Notes under the pieces: generated by a model
The model's input: the letters and a program-made list of their open reading frames with translations, nothing else
Told to the model about the DNA's origin: nothing
Databases searched by the model: none
Shown: piece after piece, positions 13,900 through 25,440 of the stretch
Position numbering within the stretch: position 1 is the first letter of the stretch
Layout: each line of letters begins with the position of its first letter
From: Pseudovirgaria hyperparasitica
Taxonomy: Eukaryota
DNA length: 64,000 nt
Direction: 5' to 3' (one strand)
Assembly: GCA_010093815.1 (NCBI GenBank)
Contig: ML996578.1
Made by a program: the position numbers and the translations under genes

Positions 13900-15080
13900 T
13901 CTCCATGCATAGTCGCAAAGCTGGCAGCATACGGCTCAGGAAACTTCCTCGGCGACAACGGCGAGCAGCAGAACCCTCCCGACGAATTCCAAACCCAAAA
14001 CATTTACGTCCCGCATGGCCTCCACGCTTTGCCGGAGCAGGGCTCTTACATGCAGCCTCAGCCTCAACATCATGCAATGCCTCACATGGGCCGCGACTAC
14101 TCCATCGCCCACCAAGCCACAAGTATCGAGGCCAGCCCCGTTCAGTATCATCATCCTCAGTATCACCACATGGCGCAACATCACCCACCACCGCAAACCC
14201 AAACTCATTACGGGCCCGTTCCGCAACATCAAGACTACTCTACACAGCAGCAGCGAGCCAAACGCCCACGCTCACAAGATTCCCTCGCGCTACAGGTCGA
14301 AGGCATGCAAGGATACACATCGAACGTCTCCGGGCAAGACGCTGTAGAGCTAACACCAGGGGGTCAACTGCAAACGCAAGGATTACACTATGGGCAACAA
14401 CAGACTCATCACCATCACCGCATGCCTGGGCCACCACCAGCCAAGATCTCTCGAGGGGACTACAGTGGTGAGCCTTCGTCGCCCTCTCAAATAGCTGGAC
14501 CCCCCAGTGTCGTAGGACTAGAGGGCATGCCGGATCCTGCGCCACGTCCACGCGGTCCGAAACTGAAGTTCACGCCTGAGGACGACCAGTTGCTCGTGGA
14601 TCTTAAGGAGAAGAAGAGCTTAACATGGAAGCAAATTGCAGACTTCTTTCCAGGGCGCAGTAGCGGCACGTTACAAGTACGGTACTGCACGAAGCTGAAG
14701 GCGAAGACCACAGTTTGGAACGACGAATTGGTGAGTCCATTCCTTTCTCTCGCATTCAACGTTGGACGGTCGCGATCCTGGCTCAGGGGTATATAGCCAT
14801 GCACCAAGACTGTTTATGTGCCACACAGTGCCAGTACTGACCTGGGTGGAACAAGCAGGTGCAGAAACTTCGGACGGCAATGACGGAGTACGAAAACGAC
14901 AGGTGGAGAATAATCGCGACCAAGGTTGGGAACGGTTTCTCCCCAGCCTCATGCAAAGACAAGGCCTCGGAGCTCTTGGAGCTAGAAGGCTTGGATGAGC
15001 CGCAAGCAGACGACGAGGAGGACCAAGCAGAAGAGCAGGACGAACCGGAAGAATACGGAGTCATCGAAACACGAACATGA
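13900..15080 (+). CDS. Myb DNA-binding domain protein, two repeats, Q/H/P-rich N-terminus and acidic tail; 5' end uncertain
   Basis: KFTPEDDQLLVDLKEKKSLTWKQIADFFPGRSSGTLQVRYCTKL, then a GT-AG intron at 14731-14858, then VQKLRTAMTEYENDRWRIIATKVGNGFSPASCKDKA. A candidate acceptor (CTAAC...CAG) lies at 13883-13899, and the first downstream in-frame ATG is at 14050. Confidence 0.88.
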
Positions 15081-18000
15081 ATGCAGAAACGTTATGCACA
15101 GACAAATCGCACCAGGAGCCCAGATCAATGTGTTTCATGTCTACGAGAAGCACCTATTGCGCCCGACCCTGGTTACTGCTGGCCAGAACCCCTCACACGC
15201 ACTCATATCCCCAACGTCAAACTACCTAAACTGTCATTTTCCTTTGACGTCAACTTGTGATTATTTGCTCTTCCTTGTCGCTGAACCCGCGGAAAGTACT
15301 TGAACGTTCTCGTCACGCATAAGGAACAGGGATAGGCCGGTCCGTTACAAGATGCACTCTTCTACTTTTCCTAGAAGGCTCTGACTCTTGTACAGCAGGC
15401 ATGTAGACTGCTTTTGTCGGTGCAGATACAGCGTGGCCTCATTACCACGCCATGCCAACCCATCCCAACAGTTCAGCCGACCGCGGGTCCATCAATGCGC
15501 ACTCACAGGTGATGCAGCATGCACTGATACCCGGATTGGGAATTTTATATGTGGAGAAAGGGAGTATTGGAAGGCTTGGACCGGGCGGGCACATGGCATA
15601 ACAATCGATGGAACGTACTACCGAACATGGCCAAGCCAGGACTTAATTGGGAATCAACCGGTAGACATAGCACACGGTGGACGGTGCTCTCTCTTTCCAA
15701 TTCCTATTATCGATTCTGTCTATTCTGGAACTCGGTTGTCATCATGAGCATGCTAGGCAGAGCGACACGTGGACTGGGCTCTACTGACACTATCAATTCC
15801 AATAACACTTGACACACATAAACACAAACCCAGCGGAGCCTTGGGCCCTGAAGATACAGACAGCATCAACGTCTCAGCTCACATTGAACATCGCACACTG
15901 TCGATACCTCTCTACATCCACCCAGCGCCTCCGTACCTCCAAAACAGTGCCCAGGACGAAAATGCACAATGCACGCCCGCACGCATCCAGCCACGCCACG
16001 CGTCATTCATGCAGCACAACACATCCACGGTCCAACCCCTGTGTATACTGTGGCTTTACACTTCACACCCCAGTCCGTCACACAAACCGAGCTGCACCTT
16101 CCACTTGCCACAGACCGGGTTTCGCGGACGGCGGTCTCCACCCTTTTCTGCGTTTCCTGCATGCATCCTTTGTGGCCTGCTCGCCATGCGTGCACCGTCC
16201 TCGCGGTCGGGTCTATGCGTACGTGCATATTCCCGAAGTAGATATCTTTCGCCATGTGCGCAGTGATCAGTCCGGGTGTTCGGGGAGATTGGGAGTTTAC
16301 CTAATTGAATTAGGTATACGTGAACTTTCATAGATTTCAGGGAAGAGGTGAGGCATGTATCTATACCCAGCGTCTTGGGTGAGGAAGGTTATAGTCGACA
16401 TATACCTTATCAAACACCAACAAGCAGAGTTATTAGCGATCGAATGCAACGCGATGTGTTGTATAGTAAATGCGATTGAGAAGGGAAGTTGTACACATGG
16501 TTTCTCTCTGATATTCATAGCCTTGTCTTGTTGCGCTTCGTGCTGTGTGTTTGTGTTTTGTGTGTACATGGTCTGTCCTGAAACACGTTGCGCTGCGAAA
16601 TTCCCCCTATTCATCTTTATTCTCGTTTCGGCAAGTTACCCGAAAATACTGGTAGTTCGTCAGTGAATTAGTCAGTCAGTCAAGCATGCACACAAACAGA
16701 TTCCGCCACCCTAATTACCTGGAGCTCGACGTCATGTGCCACACACACAGCCACACCCCAATTCCCCCTCATCAAGTCATACTATATAGAAAGAATGAAA
16801 CAATTTCCGATTTCAGATTTCCGTATTCCTGATCCTGTCTTATCCTGTCTTGTTCTCGTCGTCTTACGCGAAAATAATGGAACTAGGGTTACAGGGGTTA
16901 AATTTTCAATAGCCTAGATATCATACCGAGGCACATCTGCATCCTCCTTTCTTGTCTTGGGCGAGGTATTAAGCCCGGGGCTTTTATATTATTTATTTGA
17001 TTGGTTTTTGTTTCGCTTGTTTACTCCCTAGGCTAGTCGATGATAAACATAAGCTATGAAAAGGTAATTGAAACAAAATATAGGAAGCCAGGGAAACATG
17101 ACCTTGGCTATGCTGGGATAAAAGATGGCGGGTTATATTTGGCAGGTAGCTGAGGGCTATAGACGGTAATTCCATCATACTACGTATATGGGTTCGAGGA
17201 GGAGGAGATTAATTAGCGAGAGAATAGATACAGGGGGAAAGAGATGGGTTATAGTTCAGTAAGATGAGTTCAATTAGGAATAGTATGTTGGAAAAGGATT
17301 GTATATGGATTTGCGTAGATATGTGTCTACCTAACGATATATGTGTATAGCGGATGATATCGTCCCATTCGTGGTTGTTCCTGCCCATGATGGGGACTAA
17401 AGACAGCATGAGGTGGACGTAGAATCGAGTATAATGGTCCATGTATATAAGTATGCGACTTAGTACGGTGATAATGTAGTTAGAATCGAAGTCGGAATCG
17501 AACATCCAGTCGAAACGAGAACTAGTGACCATCCCTTCACAATAGAAACTTTTAACTCCTTTCGTCCTATTTCCCATTGCTAAAACTATATGTATGTGTA
17601 CGTACACGTACGCGAAGGTAGGCATAGTAAGCGCCTAATAAGTGAATAGGTAGCTAAATAGTCAAACAGCCATCATAACATGTGCGTGGTACGACACAAT
17701 GTGATATAATAGACATGACACATATATTTTATGCAGCGTAACTATGCTTCGGAGAGAATGTAATCAATAGATATAGTCGTTAAGTAGATATTGAGAGACT
17801 AGAAAGATTGGGTGATTCAGGTACGGTTTGAGTAGAGAATAGAGGCAGTGGGTCATGGGAGATAGTGGGATCAAATTGAATAGAGACAAACCCTAAGATG
17901 TTCTTAACAATATACAATACCATATTTTACTGTACGATACTATAGACATACATAGATATTAAAGTGTATGAAAGCCACCCATCTTTTATTATCCTCTACT

Positions 18001-18550
18001 CTCTTACGGATATTAGGATGGATCTATATTCAAAAGGTTACTTCCATTAAATACAACCATAAGACTACACGACAGTAATAGAGAGCTTAAAAAAGAGTAG
18101 AGGATAAGAACAAGTCTTAGAATCGAGACCTAACCAATGTATAGTGATTTTATATCTAATACATGGAAAAATAGGGTTTAAATAAGGAGATTAGAATACT
18201 AGAATATATGCACATGCCATATAAAGTCTGGCTATTTGTTCATGAATAAGTTTAATAGTGTTCGAAGACTTGATTTCTCAGCGTGTACGCGGAATACACG
18301 TTATCTCCGCTGTGTGATATGAATGTAAGCTTGCAGTGTCATGCAAGAGCTATCCAGTCGACGAGTAGGATGGTATTAGAGACCCATTTAGACCACGAGT
18401 CATATCCAGACGCATCTTGCAGGTCGAGGTCTGAAATTGCGACACTTGAGATGAGACGGACGTGACCGGGCTTATGGCAGGCACCCCTGGAGTCGCAAAA
18501 CACCAGGGGTTGTCTTCAGGGGTAGACACGTGACATTACATTACAAAGAC

Positions 18551-18682
18551 TATGGGATTCCTATTAGGTAATCCCCGTTACTTAGATCTTATTCAGCGTT
18601 AGGCTAGTATATATAGTACTTAGATAGACTTAGTAGACACGTTAATTAATTTTACCACGTCTAATTTACTAAAGTTCCTATA
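18551..18682 (+). repeat. 5' LTR
   Basis: TATGGGATTCC...AAAGTTCCTATA. It matches 49605-49736 with only transition differences; the de-RIPed ends are TGTGGGA...TCCCACA. Confidence 0.95.
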
Positions 18683-19011
18683 TCTAGTAGCTTAAATCTG
18701 GTTTTTATCCTCCTAGGGAGGCTATCGCTTTGGCGATACCTTCTAAGGGGTAGTTATCTTACCCCTTATATAAGGGAACTTATTAAAAATATTTAATACT
18801 TATAATAAACTATATAACTTACTAGACAATAATAAGAACAAACCTAGAGTCTAATATAAAAACCCTTCTCTAAAGCGATATATCCTAATTTTAGAGATAG
18901 AAATTATAGTAATAAAGCTTAACGACTAAATTTAATAGTTCTAGTAGATAGTAATATATTATAAAATAAGCTAAAAGAGTCACGTAAGAAAAATATATAT
19001 TAACTCCCCCT

Positions 19012-20450
19012 ATGTCCGTAATAGATATTCTAGCTACTTATTAATATAAATTAACGCTATAATTCCAACTTAGAAGATAATTATTACCCTAGGAAACTCC
19101 CTCCTTACCTAAGCTATATTAAGATATCTTTCTTATAGAACTCTAATTACGACGGCGATATCTCTATAGAAGGAGCTAATACTCCCTAAAATATAGAACG
19201 CGCCTATAATAAGCCGTTAAATACTATTAACGTGCTTACCGCGCTCCTTAACGCTAACCTAGCTATAAGGAACCTTACTAGAGACGCTCGTACGTTAGTA
19301 CTAATTAATATATATACTAATTAACTCGAGTTATAAATAAGGAACGACTATATTACTCGAGAAGAACTAGTAAGAGACTTTAATAATCTCCTCCTTAATA
19401 ACCCTAACTAGGCGAGTCTAGCTATACTAGTAAAAAGAGGCTATATTCTACTCTAAGTACCTAATATATACTTAGAAGAAACTAGAGATAACGCCTATAA
19501 GGAATAGTGCTTATTAATCTAGAAGTAGATTTATACTATAGAATTAGTAGAGTACTAGAAAGCTATACCTAAGTTTAAGAAACTATAAATCTATAGAATA
19601 TATATATTAAAGTATATCTATACCCTTTAGCGTAGCCTTATAGAAGTCTATAGATATAATAACCTAGGTAGTTCTTAAATACTAGATAGCTTTCTAGATA
19701 TTATATATTAAATATATATCTCTACTAATCGCCCCGAATAGCGTAGAAAGGAATAGAAGAACCTTACTTAATATCATTTCGGATCTATCTTAAAGCTTAT
19801 TAATACTATTATTAAAAAGGCACGACTTCTATAATCTATACCTTCTAAATATAAGATATAGCGTAGAATTCTAGGCGCCCTTAAGTCTAAGGTTTAACGT
19901 AAGATTAAAAAATAGCCCTTTTCTTCTATAGAATTAGGAGAGTAGTATCTATAGATAAAGAGGCTAGAGGAAGCCTTATATATCTACTCTAGAAACGAAT
20001 ACTATAGACGGGAGGCTACTTATTATATTAATACTATATATTACTAAGATAAGGAGGAGGAACTAGAAGAATTTAAACCTTCTAAGGACTTATATATATA
20101 TAAAGATAAATTAGGCGACTACTCTAGAGACAAGGGTAAGCTCTATATATTTATAAAGCGTTAATAGAGTAACCGAGGCCGCGGTAGAGGCTAGAACTAA
20201 GGCTAAGGCCGTAGTAAATACTAAGGAGGCTTATTAAGAGCTTTTAATAAAACCTAAGAATACTTTAACTATAAGAAGTTAGGGTATATCTTAAGATTCT
20301 ATTCTAAGAACCTAACTCTAGGTAAGTTAGCCTATATTATAGTAGAAGAAGACTTAGTAAGTATCTTTAATAAGGAAGACCTAAAAGTCTATCGCCTATA
20401 GTAGACTTAGAATATACTATAAGTAACGAAGAAAGCTTCTATACTAATAC
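19012..20450 (+). pseudogene. gag remnant with CCHC zinc knuckle
   Basis: YFNYKKLGYILRFYSK at about 20261-20310 de-RIPs to CFNCKKLGHI..FC, preceded by an RG-rich segment. Boundaries are approximate. Confidence 0.7.
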
Positions 20451-22513
20451 TACTAATAAAAAAGAAATAAAAATATAGGACTATAAGTATATTAACGCTC
20501 TCTATAAATTATTAGAGAATACTTACTAATATTAAGAGGATTTAACGGACGCCGTTAACGACCGTCTTTATTAACTTAACTCTATTAGTAGATAGTTACT
20601 AGAACTTAAGGCTTATATAGAAGAGGTCTACCCCTAGAGAGTTTTAGTTCTTATTAACTATAGGGCTAATAGAACATATATATTAATAAAGGTTACTAGG
20701 CGCCTAAAGCTAGTACTATAACCTACTCCCGTAATACGTATTAAGCTTCCGTTAGGAGCCCTAATAATAAGTTAAGAAGTTATAAAAATCCCTCTTCGTA
20801 TAGAAAGCTTTATCTATAAAGTTTCCGTAAGGATACTCGACCTAAAAGGCTATAATTTAATCCTAGAATATAAATAGCTCTATAAATAGAATCCTAATAT
20901 ATTATAGAGATTATATTCCCTACTAATTAAAAGACTAGTAGTCTAAGGAAGGACTAAAGAGTATCTACTTAAAGGGGCCCCTACGTTAATTAATATTAAC
21001 TTATAAGAAGAGTAAGTACTAAATATCCTTACTACTAGCTAAGTACGGAAATAATATCTAAACGGCTATAAGTAAGGTATAATATAGTTTATTAGGAAAG
21101 ATAACCCTCCTATACTATAAGTACCTAACCTAATACTATAAACGGTTTTAATAGAGTACTAGAACGTCTTTAAGGAGAAGCTATCTAAAGAACTACCACC
21201 CTTAAGATAATAGAATTATAAGATAGATATAGAAGACGGCCGACCTATTAATAACGCCGCCTACTACCTTTTCCTAGAATAAATCGCTAAATAGTAGAAG
21301 TAGATATAGGAGCTTATTAAGTAAGGGCTTATCTAAGAATTAGAAAGTACCTAGGGTAGTCTAGTACTTTTCGTACCTAAACCCGGAGGTAAATAGTAAA
21401 TATATATTAATTATTAAGTACTTAATATACTTATACGTAAGGATACGACCCCTCTTCCGCGTATAGATAAATATCTATATATCTTCGGCTAGTTAATAGT
21501 ATTTAGTAAGATAGACTTAACCTTAGGGTTTTAGTAAGTACGAGTAGCTAACGAAGACATCTCTAAGACCGTCTTTAATATAATTTACGGTAAATATAAG
21601 TTTAAGGTAATACTATTTAGTCTATTAAACGCACCTACTATATTCTAAAAGATAATAAATTAAGTCCTTTAACCCCTACTATATAAATCCATAGTTATAT
21701 ACCTTAATAATATTATTATCTTTTCTAAAAATATAGAAGAATACGCTAGAGTACTATTAAAAGTACTTACTCTACTCCGTAAATACCGCTTACTTACTAA
21801 TCTAGAGAAATATAGCTTTAGCTAGACCGAAGTTAACTTCTATAGATACTACGTCTTATAAGGATAACTTCGCCTAATAAAGAATAAGATTAAGATAATT
21901 CGCGAATAGCTAGAGCCTATAAACGTTAGCGAAGTCTAATAGTTCCTTAGCCTAGCGAATTATTATTAGAGGTATATCTAGGGATTTATAAGTATTACCG
22001 TACCCCTAATAGACCTCCTTAAAGAAGTAGACCCTCTTATCTATAAGTAGAAGTATAGGCCTATTTAATAGATACTATTAACGGCATTTACCTTTAAGAC
22101 CCTAAAGAATACCCTATATTCTAAACTAGTTCTAGCTTAACCTAATAAAACTAAGCCCTTCTATATTAAAATGGATATAAGTAACTATATAATTAGTATA
22201 GTAATCTACTAGGAGAATCCTAGTAAGTAGTATTAGCTAATCGCGTTTAACGGACGAAAGCTAAATAGTACTAAGCTTAACTATCTAGTTCACGAAAAAG
22301 AACTCCTTACTATTAAACATACTCTATATACTTAGAGATATCTACTAGAAATAAAGAAGACGATGATTCTAACTAATTACTATAGCCTATAGTTCCTTAA
22401 GTCTATAAAGAAATAAGAAGGCTATATAGATAGATAGATTAATAAGTTCGGAAGCTTTAATCTCGATATAAAATATCGCCTAGAATCTAAGGCGGTAGTA
22501 TCTAACGCCATTA
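20450..22513 (+). pseudogene. pol, 5' part: aspartic protease, reverse transcriptase, RNase H
   Basis: VLINYRANRTYI (protease, LIDxGA-like) at about 20645; VLFVPKPGGK; FSKIDLTLGF*QVRV; VIYLNNIIIFS (YLDD) at about 21700; YLVHEKELLTI; and KAVVSNAI where the insertion interrupts it. Confidence 0.92.
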
Positions 22514-22557
22514 CATTAGGAAAGATACAGCGCTCCCAAGTACTTCTAAGTACTCCC
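22514..22557 (+). repeat. Left terminal inverted repeat
   Basis: CATTAGGAAAGATACAGCGCTCCCAA is the reverse complement of 44596-44621 with two transitions; weaker similarity extends to about 44 bp. Confidence 0.92.
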
Positions 22558-22649
22558 TAAGTATTCTTTCATCCCATTATATTCATCGGGCGGACCTACT
22601 TACTATCTATCCCAACGGGACGGCTTTATATAATTTGTACTAAGTATTC

Positions 22650-22784
22650 CGTTTATACCAAACGTCCCGTTTATACCGAACGTCCCGTTTATACCGAACG
22701 TCCCGTTTATACCGAACATACTAGTTATACTAAACGTCCCGTTTATACCGAACGTACTAGTTATACCGAACGTCCCGTTTATAC
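22650..22784 (+). repeat. Subterminal 18-bp tandem repeat (GTTTATACCGAACGTCCC) running into assembly gap 22785-23224
   Basis: About 7 visible copies. Confidence 0.9.
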
Positions 22785-23224
22785 NNNNNNNNNNNNNNNN
22801 NNNNNNNNNNNNNNNNNNNNNNNNNNNNNNNNNNNNNNNNNNNNNNNNNNNNNNNNNNNNNNNNNNNNNNNNNNNNNNNNNNNNNNNNNNNNNNNNNNNN
22901 NNNNNNNNNNNNNNNNNNNNNNNNNNNNNNNNNNNNNNNNNNNNNNNNNNNNNNNNNNNNNNNNNNNNNNNNNNNNNNNNNNNNNNNNNNNNNNNNNNNN
23001 NNNNNNNNNNNNNNNNNNNNNNNNNNNNNNNNNNNNNNNNNNNNNNNNNNNNNNNNNNNNNNNNNNNNNNNNNNNNNNNNNNNNNNNNNNNNNNNNNNNN
23101 NNNNNNNNNNNNNNNNNNNNNNNNNNNNNNNNNNNNNNNNNNNNNNNNNNNNNNNNNNNNNNNNNNNNNNNNNNNNNNNNNNNNNNNNNNNNNNNNNNNN
23201 NNNNNNNNNNNNNNNNNNNNNNNN

Positions 23225-25169
23225 GGCCTCGTGGTAGTCTATATAGTTCCCTAGCTATATACTAATATCCGACTTCTCTTAAAAGTATACACTCTTTATA
23301 TATAGGTTAAAGACCCGACTTGAACGTCCGCCACCATCTAACTTTATTTTAATTTAAGTATTGGTCGGGGTAGATAGACTACTAGTTAAGGTAGCTATAA
23401 CTAGGGATAATAAGTTAGTAATAGACTTATTTATACTACACGTATACATACTATTATTTACCGTTCCCGCGGTTACTTAGAGCGGGTCTATACTTAATAC
23501 CCGAGATGGTATAATCTTATCCGTAGCCACTACTAGTGGTATAGAACTCTCACCCATATCTAATGGCGTATAAGATGATTCGAGGCACTTATCTAACTGG
23601 TTTAGAGTATCCGACTCATCCTTTTCGTAGTAGTTAGTACCTATATAGCCTCTATAACTTTAGTATATACTTATATTACCCGATAGCTTAGACTCCTCGC
23701 TCTCGTCTAAGTCATCTATATCTACTTTAGAGAAGTTATCTAGGTTATCTTTATATGGGTTTATATATATAGTATCCGGGTCGATTAGTGTTAGTGCTAT
23801 AAATACCGATGCTATTAGTAATTTTTAAATATAGTCGATGCGGTAGGGCGCCTAGTTCGACCATATTAGGCTTAGCGCTCGCCATTCCTCTATATAATTT
23901 AGCACGCGATTAGATAAAGGTATATATATATACCTAGTATTAGTGGAGAGCGTGCGAATCTATAGCAACCGAAGGACGAGTTCGGCGCCCGCCCGCTACT
24001 ATATTCGTTAAGGGCATGCCTTATTATAATATATATAATAGTAATCGTGGATGGTAGGATCGGTCGGAATATACTACTATAGTGCTCCTTCGATCTAAGG
24101 AATCTTAGGGACTATAGTAGAACTAACTTTAGAGCCTTAATTACTACTAGCCCTACGAACATTTTCCGAGTTACGCTAGTATTATACTAATAATTAGTAA
24201 CACGTCTAACACGACGTAAGTAATATACCTTTACTTCTATATACGCGTTATTACGTATTAGGTTACTTATACTAGCTTTTCTCTTCTTAGCTATCTCCTA
24301 GTCCTAGTGTTCGGATACTATCTATCTAACTCTAGAGAGGAGTTAGTAACGGAAGTCCATTATATCTTCCTTTACTAGCGTAATAATATGGGCGGGAGGT
24401 GTGTTTTATAAATTATAATTAAGGTAGTAGCTACTAAGATTAATATCTCCGGCGGCTGTCTAGGCCGATTATACTAGTATCCTAAAACTATCTAGGCTAC
24501 TATCTAGCTATATATTAAGGCGATCGAATACCGGTAGTAACCGGCCTAAAAACGTTATGGCGATCGAAATCTCTATTATCGCGAGGTACCGGTCTCGTTC
24601 GTAAGGCTAAAGACTATCTCTATAGGACCGCCTCTTTTCACGGATAGTTGGTTCCCTCTCTACTACTATTTCTCCACCTTCTTCTATCGAGCTAGATAGC
24701 TAATATGGTAGAGGAGAGGACGTAAGGCCGTTATATCCCCGGTTACTATTATAGTAGAATGTTACCGTGACGTCTAAGCTATATAGGGCGTTACTACCAT
24801 ATTCGCTACCGGTATACCTAGACTACTAGGTTATTAGTAGATAAACGAACGCGTCGAGATAAGCTAGGTATATATATATACGTTTTTTATGTCGATGGCT
24901 GTCGTGTAAGTCCCTATTATTAATGCTAATACGTGTCTACATTATATCGTATCTTTGTTTACCTATCCTATTTAGTTTACTATAGTTACTAGATTATCTT
25001 CTATTAGTGTTACCGCTACGGTAGCTAGATAGTCCCTTAACTATCTTCCGTGTTAGAGGTCCTATAGAGAAGATATATAAGAGATTAGTAGATATTTTTA
25101 TTAGTAATAGGTCGGTAACCTACTAGGCGATAATATTAGGTAGCGGGATAATAACTAGCTAGTAGACAT
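23225..25169 (-). pseudogene. Possible RIP-degraded cargo ORF of unknown function, divergent from the transposase
   Basis: An ATG at 25169 opens a frame with protein-like segments (KKVEKIVVEREPTIREKRRSYRDSLLALRTRPVPRD). No family motif was recognised. Confidence 0.3.
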
Positions 25170-25440
25170 GATAAAGGTTTAGGCGTAGACTAATATAGTA
25201 TTTTTATAGACGCGTGATACTTACGCGTTATTATTAATAATTTTAAGCGAGCGTATATAGGAATCAAGGGGCTAAGAGCCGGGTAGAAGTTGGGGGTTAG
25301 TGGGTATATATCGGGCTTTCGACGGGCTTACACCTAACTTCTTCCGGTATACGCCTAGAATATCCGCCGTATACCGTATTATTACCATCTACTAATAATT
25401 ATACTATGGTATTTTTCCTTTATAGTAACTACACCTCGAG

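Noticed and set aside
18483..18510. ACCCCTGG/CCAGGGGT hairpin beside the 5' LTR
   Set aside because: Only an 8-bp stem, with no partner end or duplication to define an element.
22509..22520. Reading the element ends as canonical CACTA termini (de-RIPed CACTACATCAGG)
   Set aside because: That boundary would delete host pol codons and leave no duplication. The CATCAGG boundary with a TA duplication restores the frame exactly.
22650..22784. CRISPR-like array
   Set aside because: Head-to-tail repeats with no unique spacers, in a eukaryotic context.
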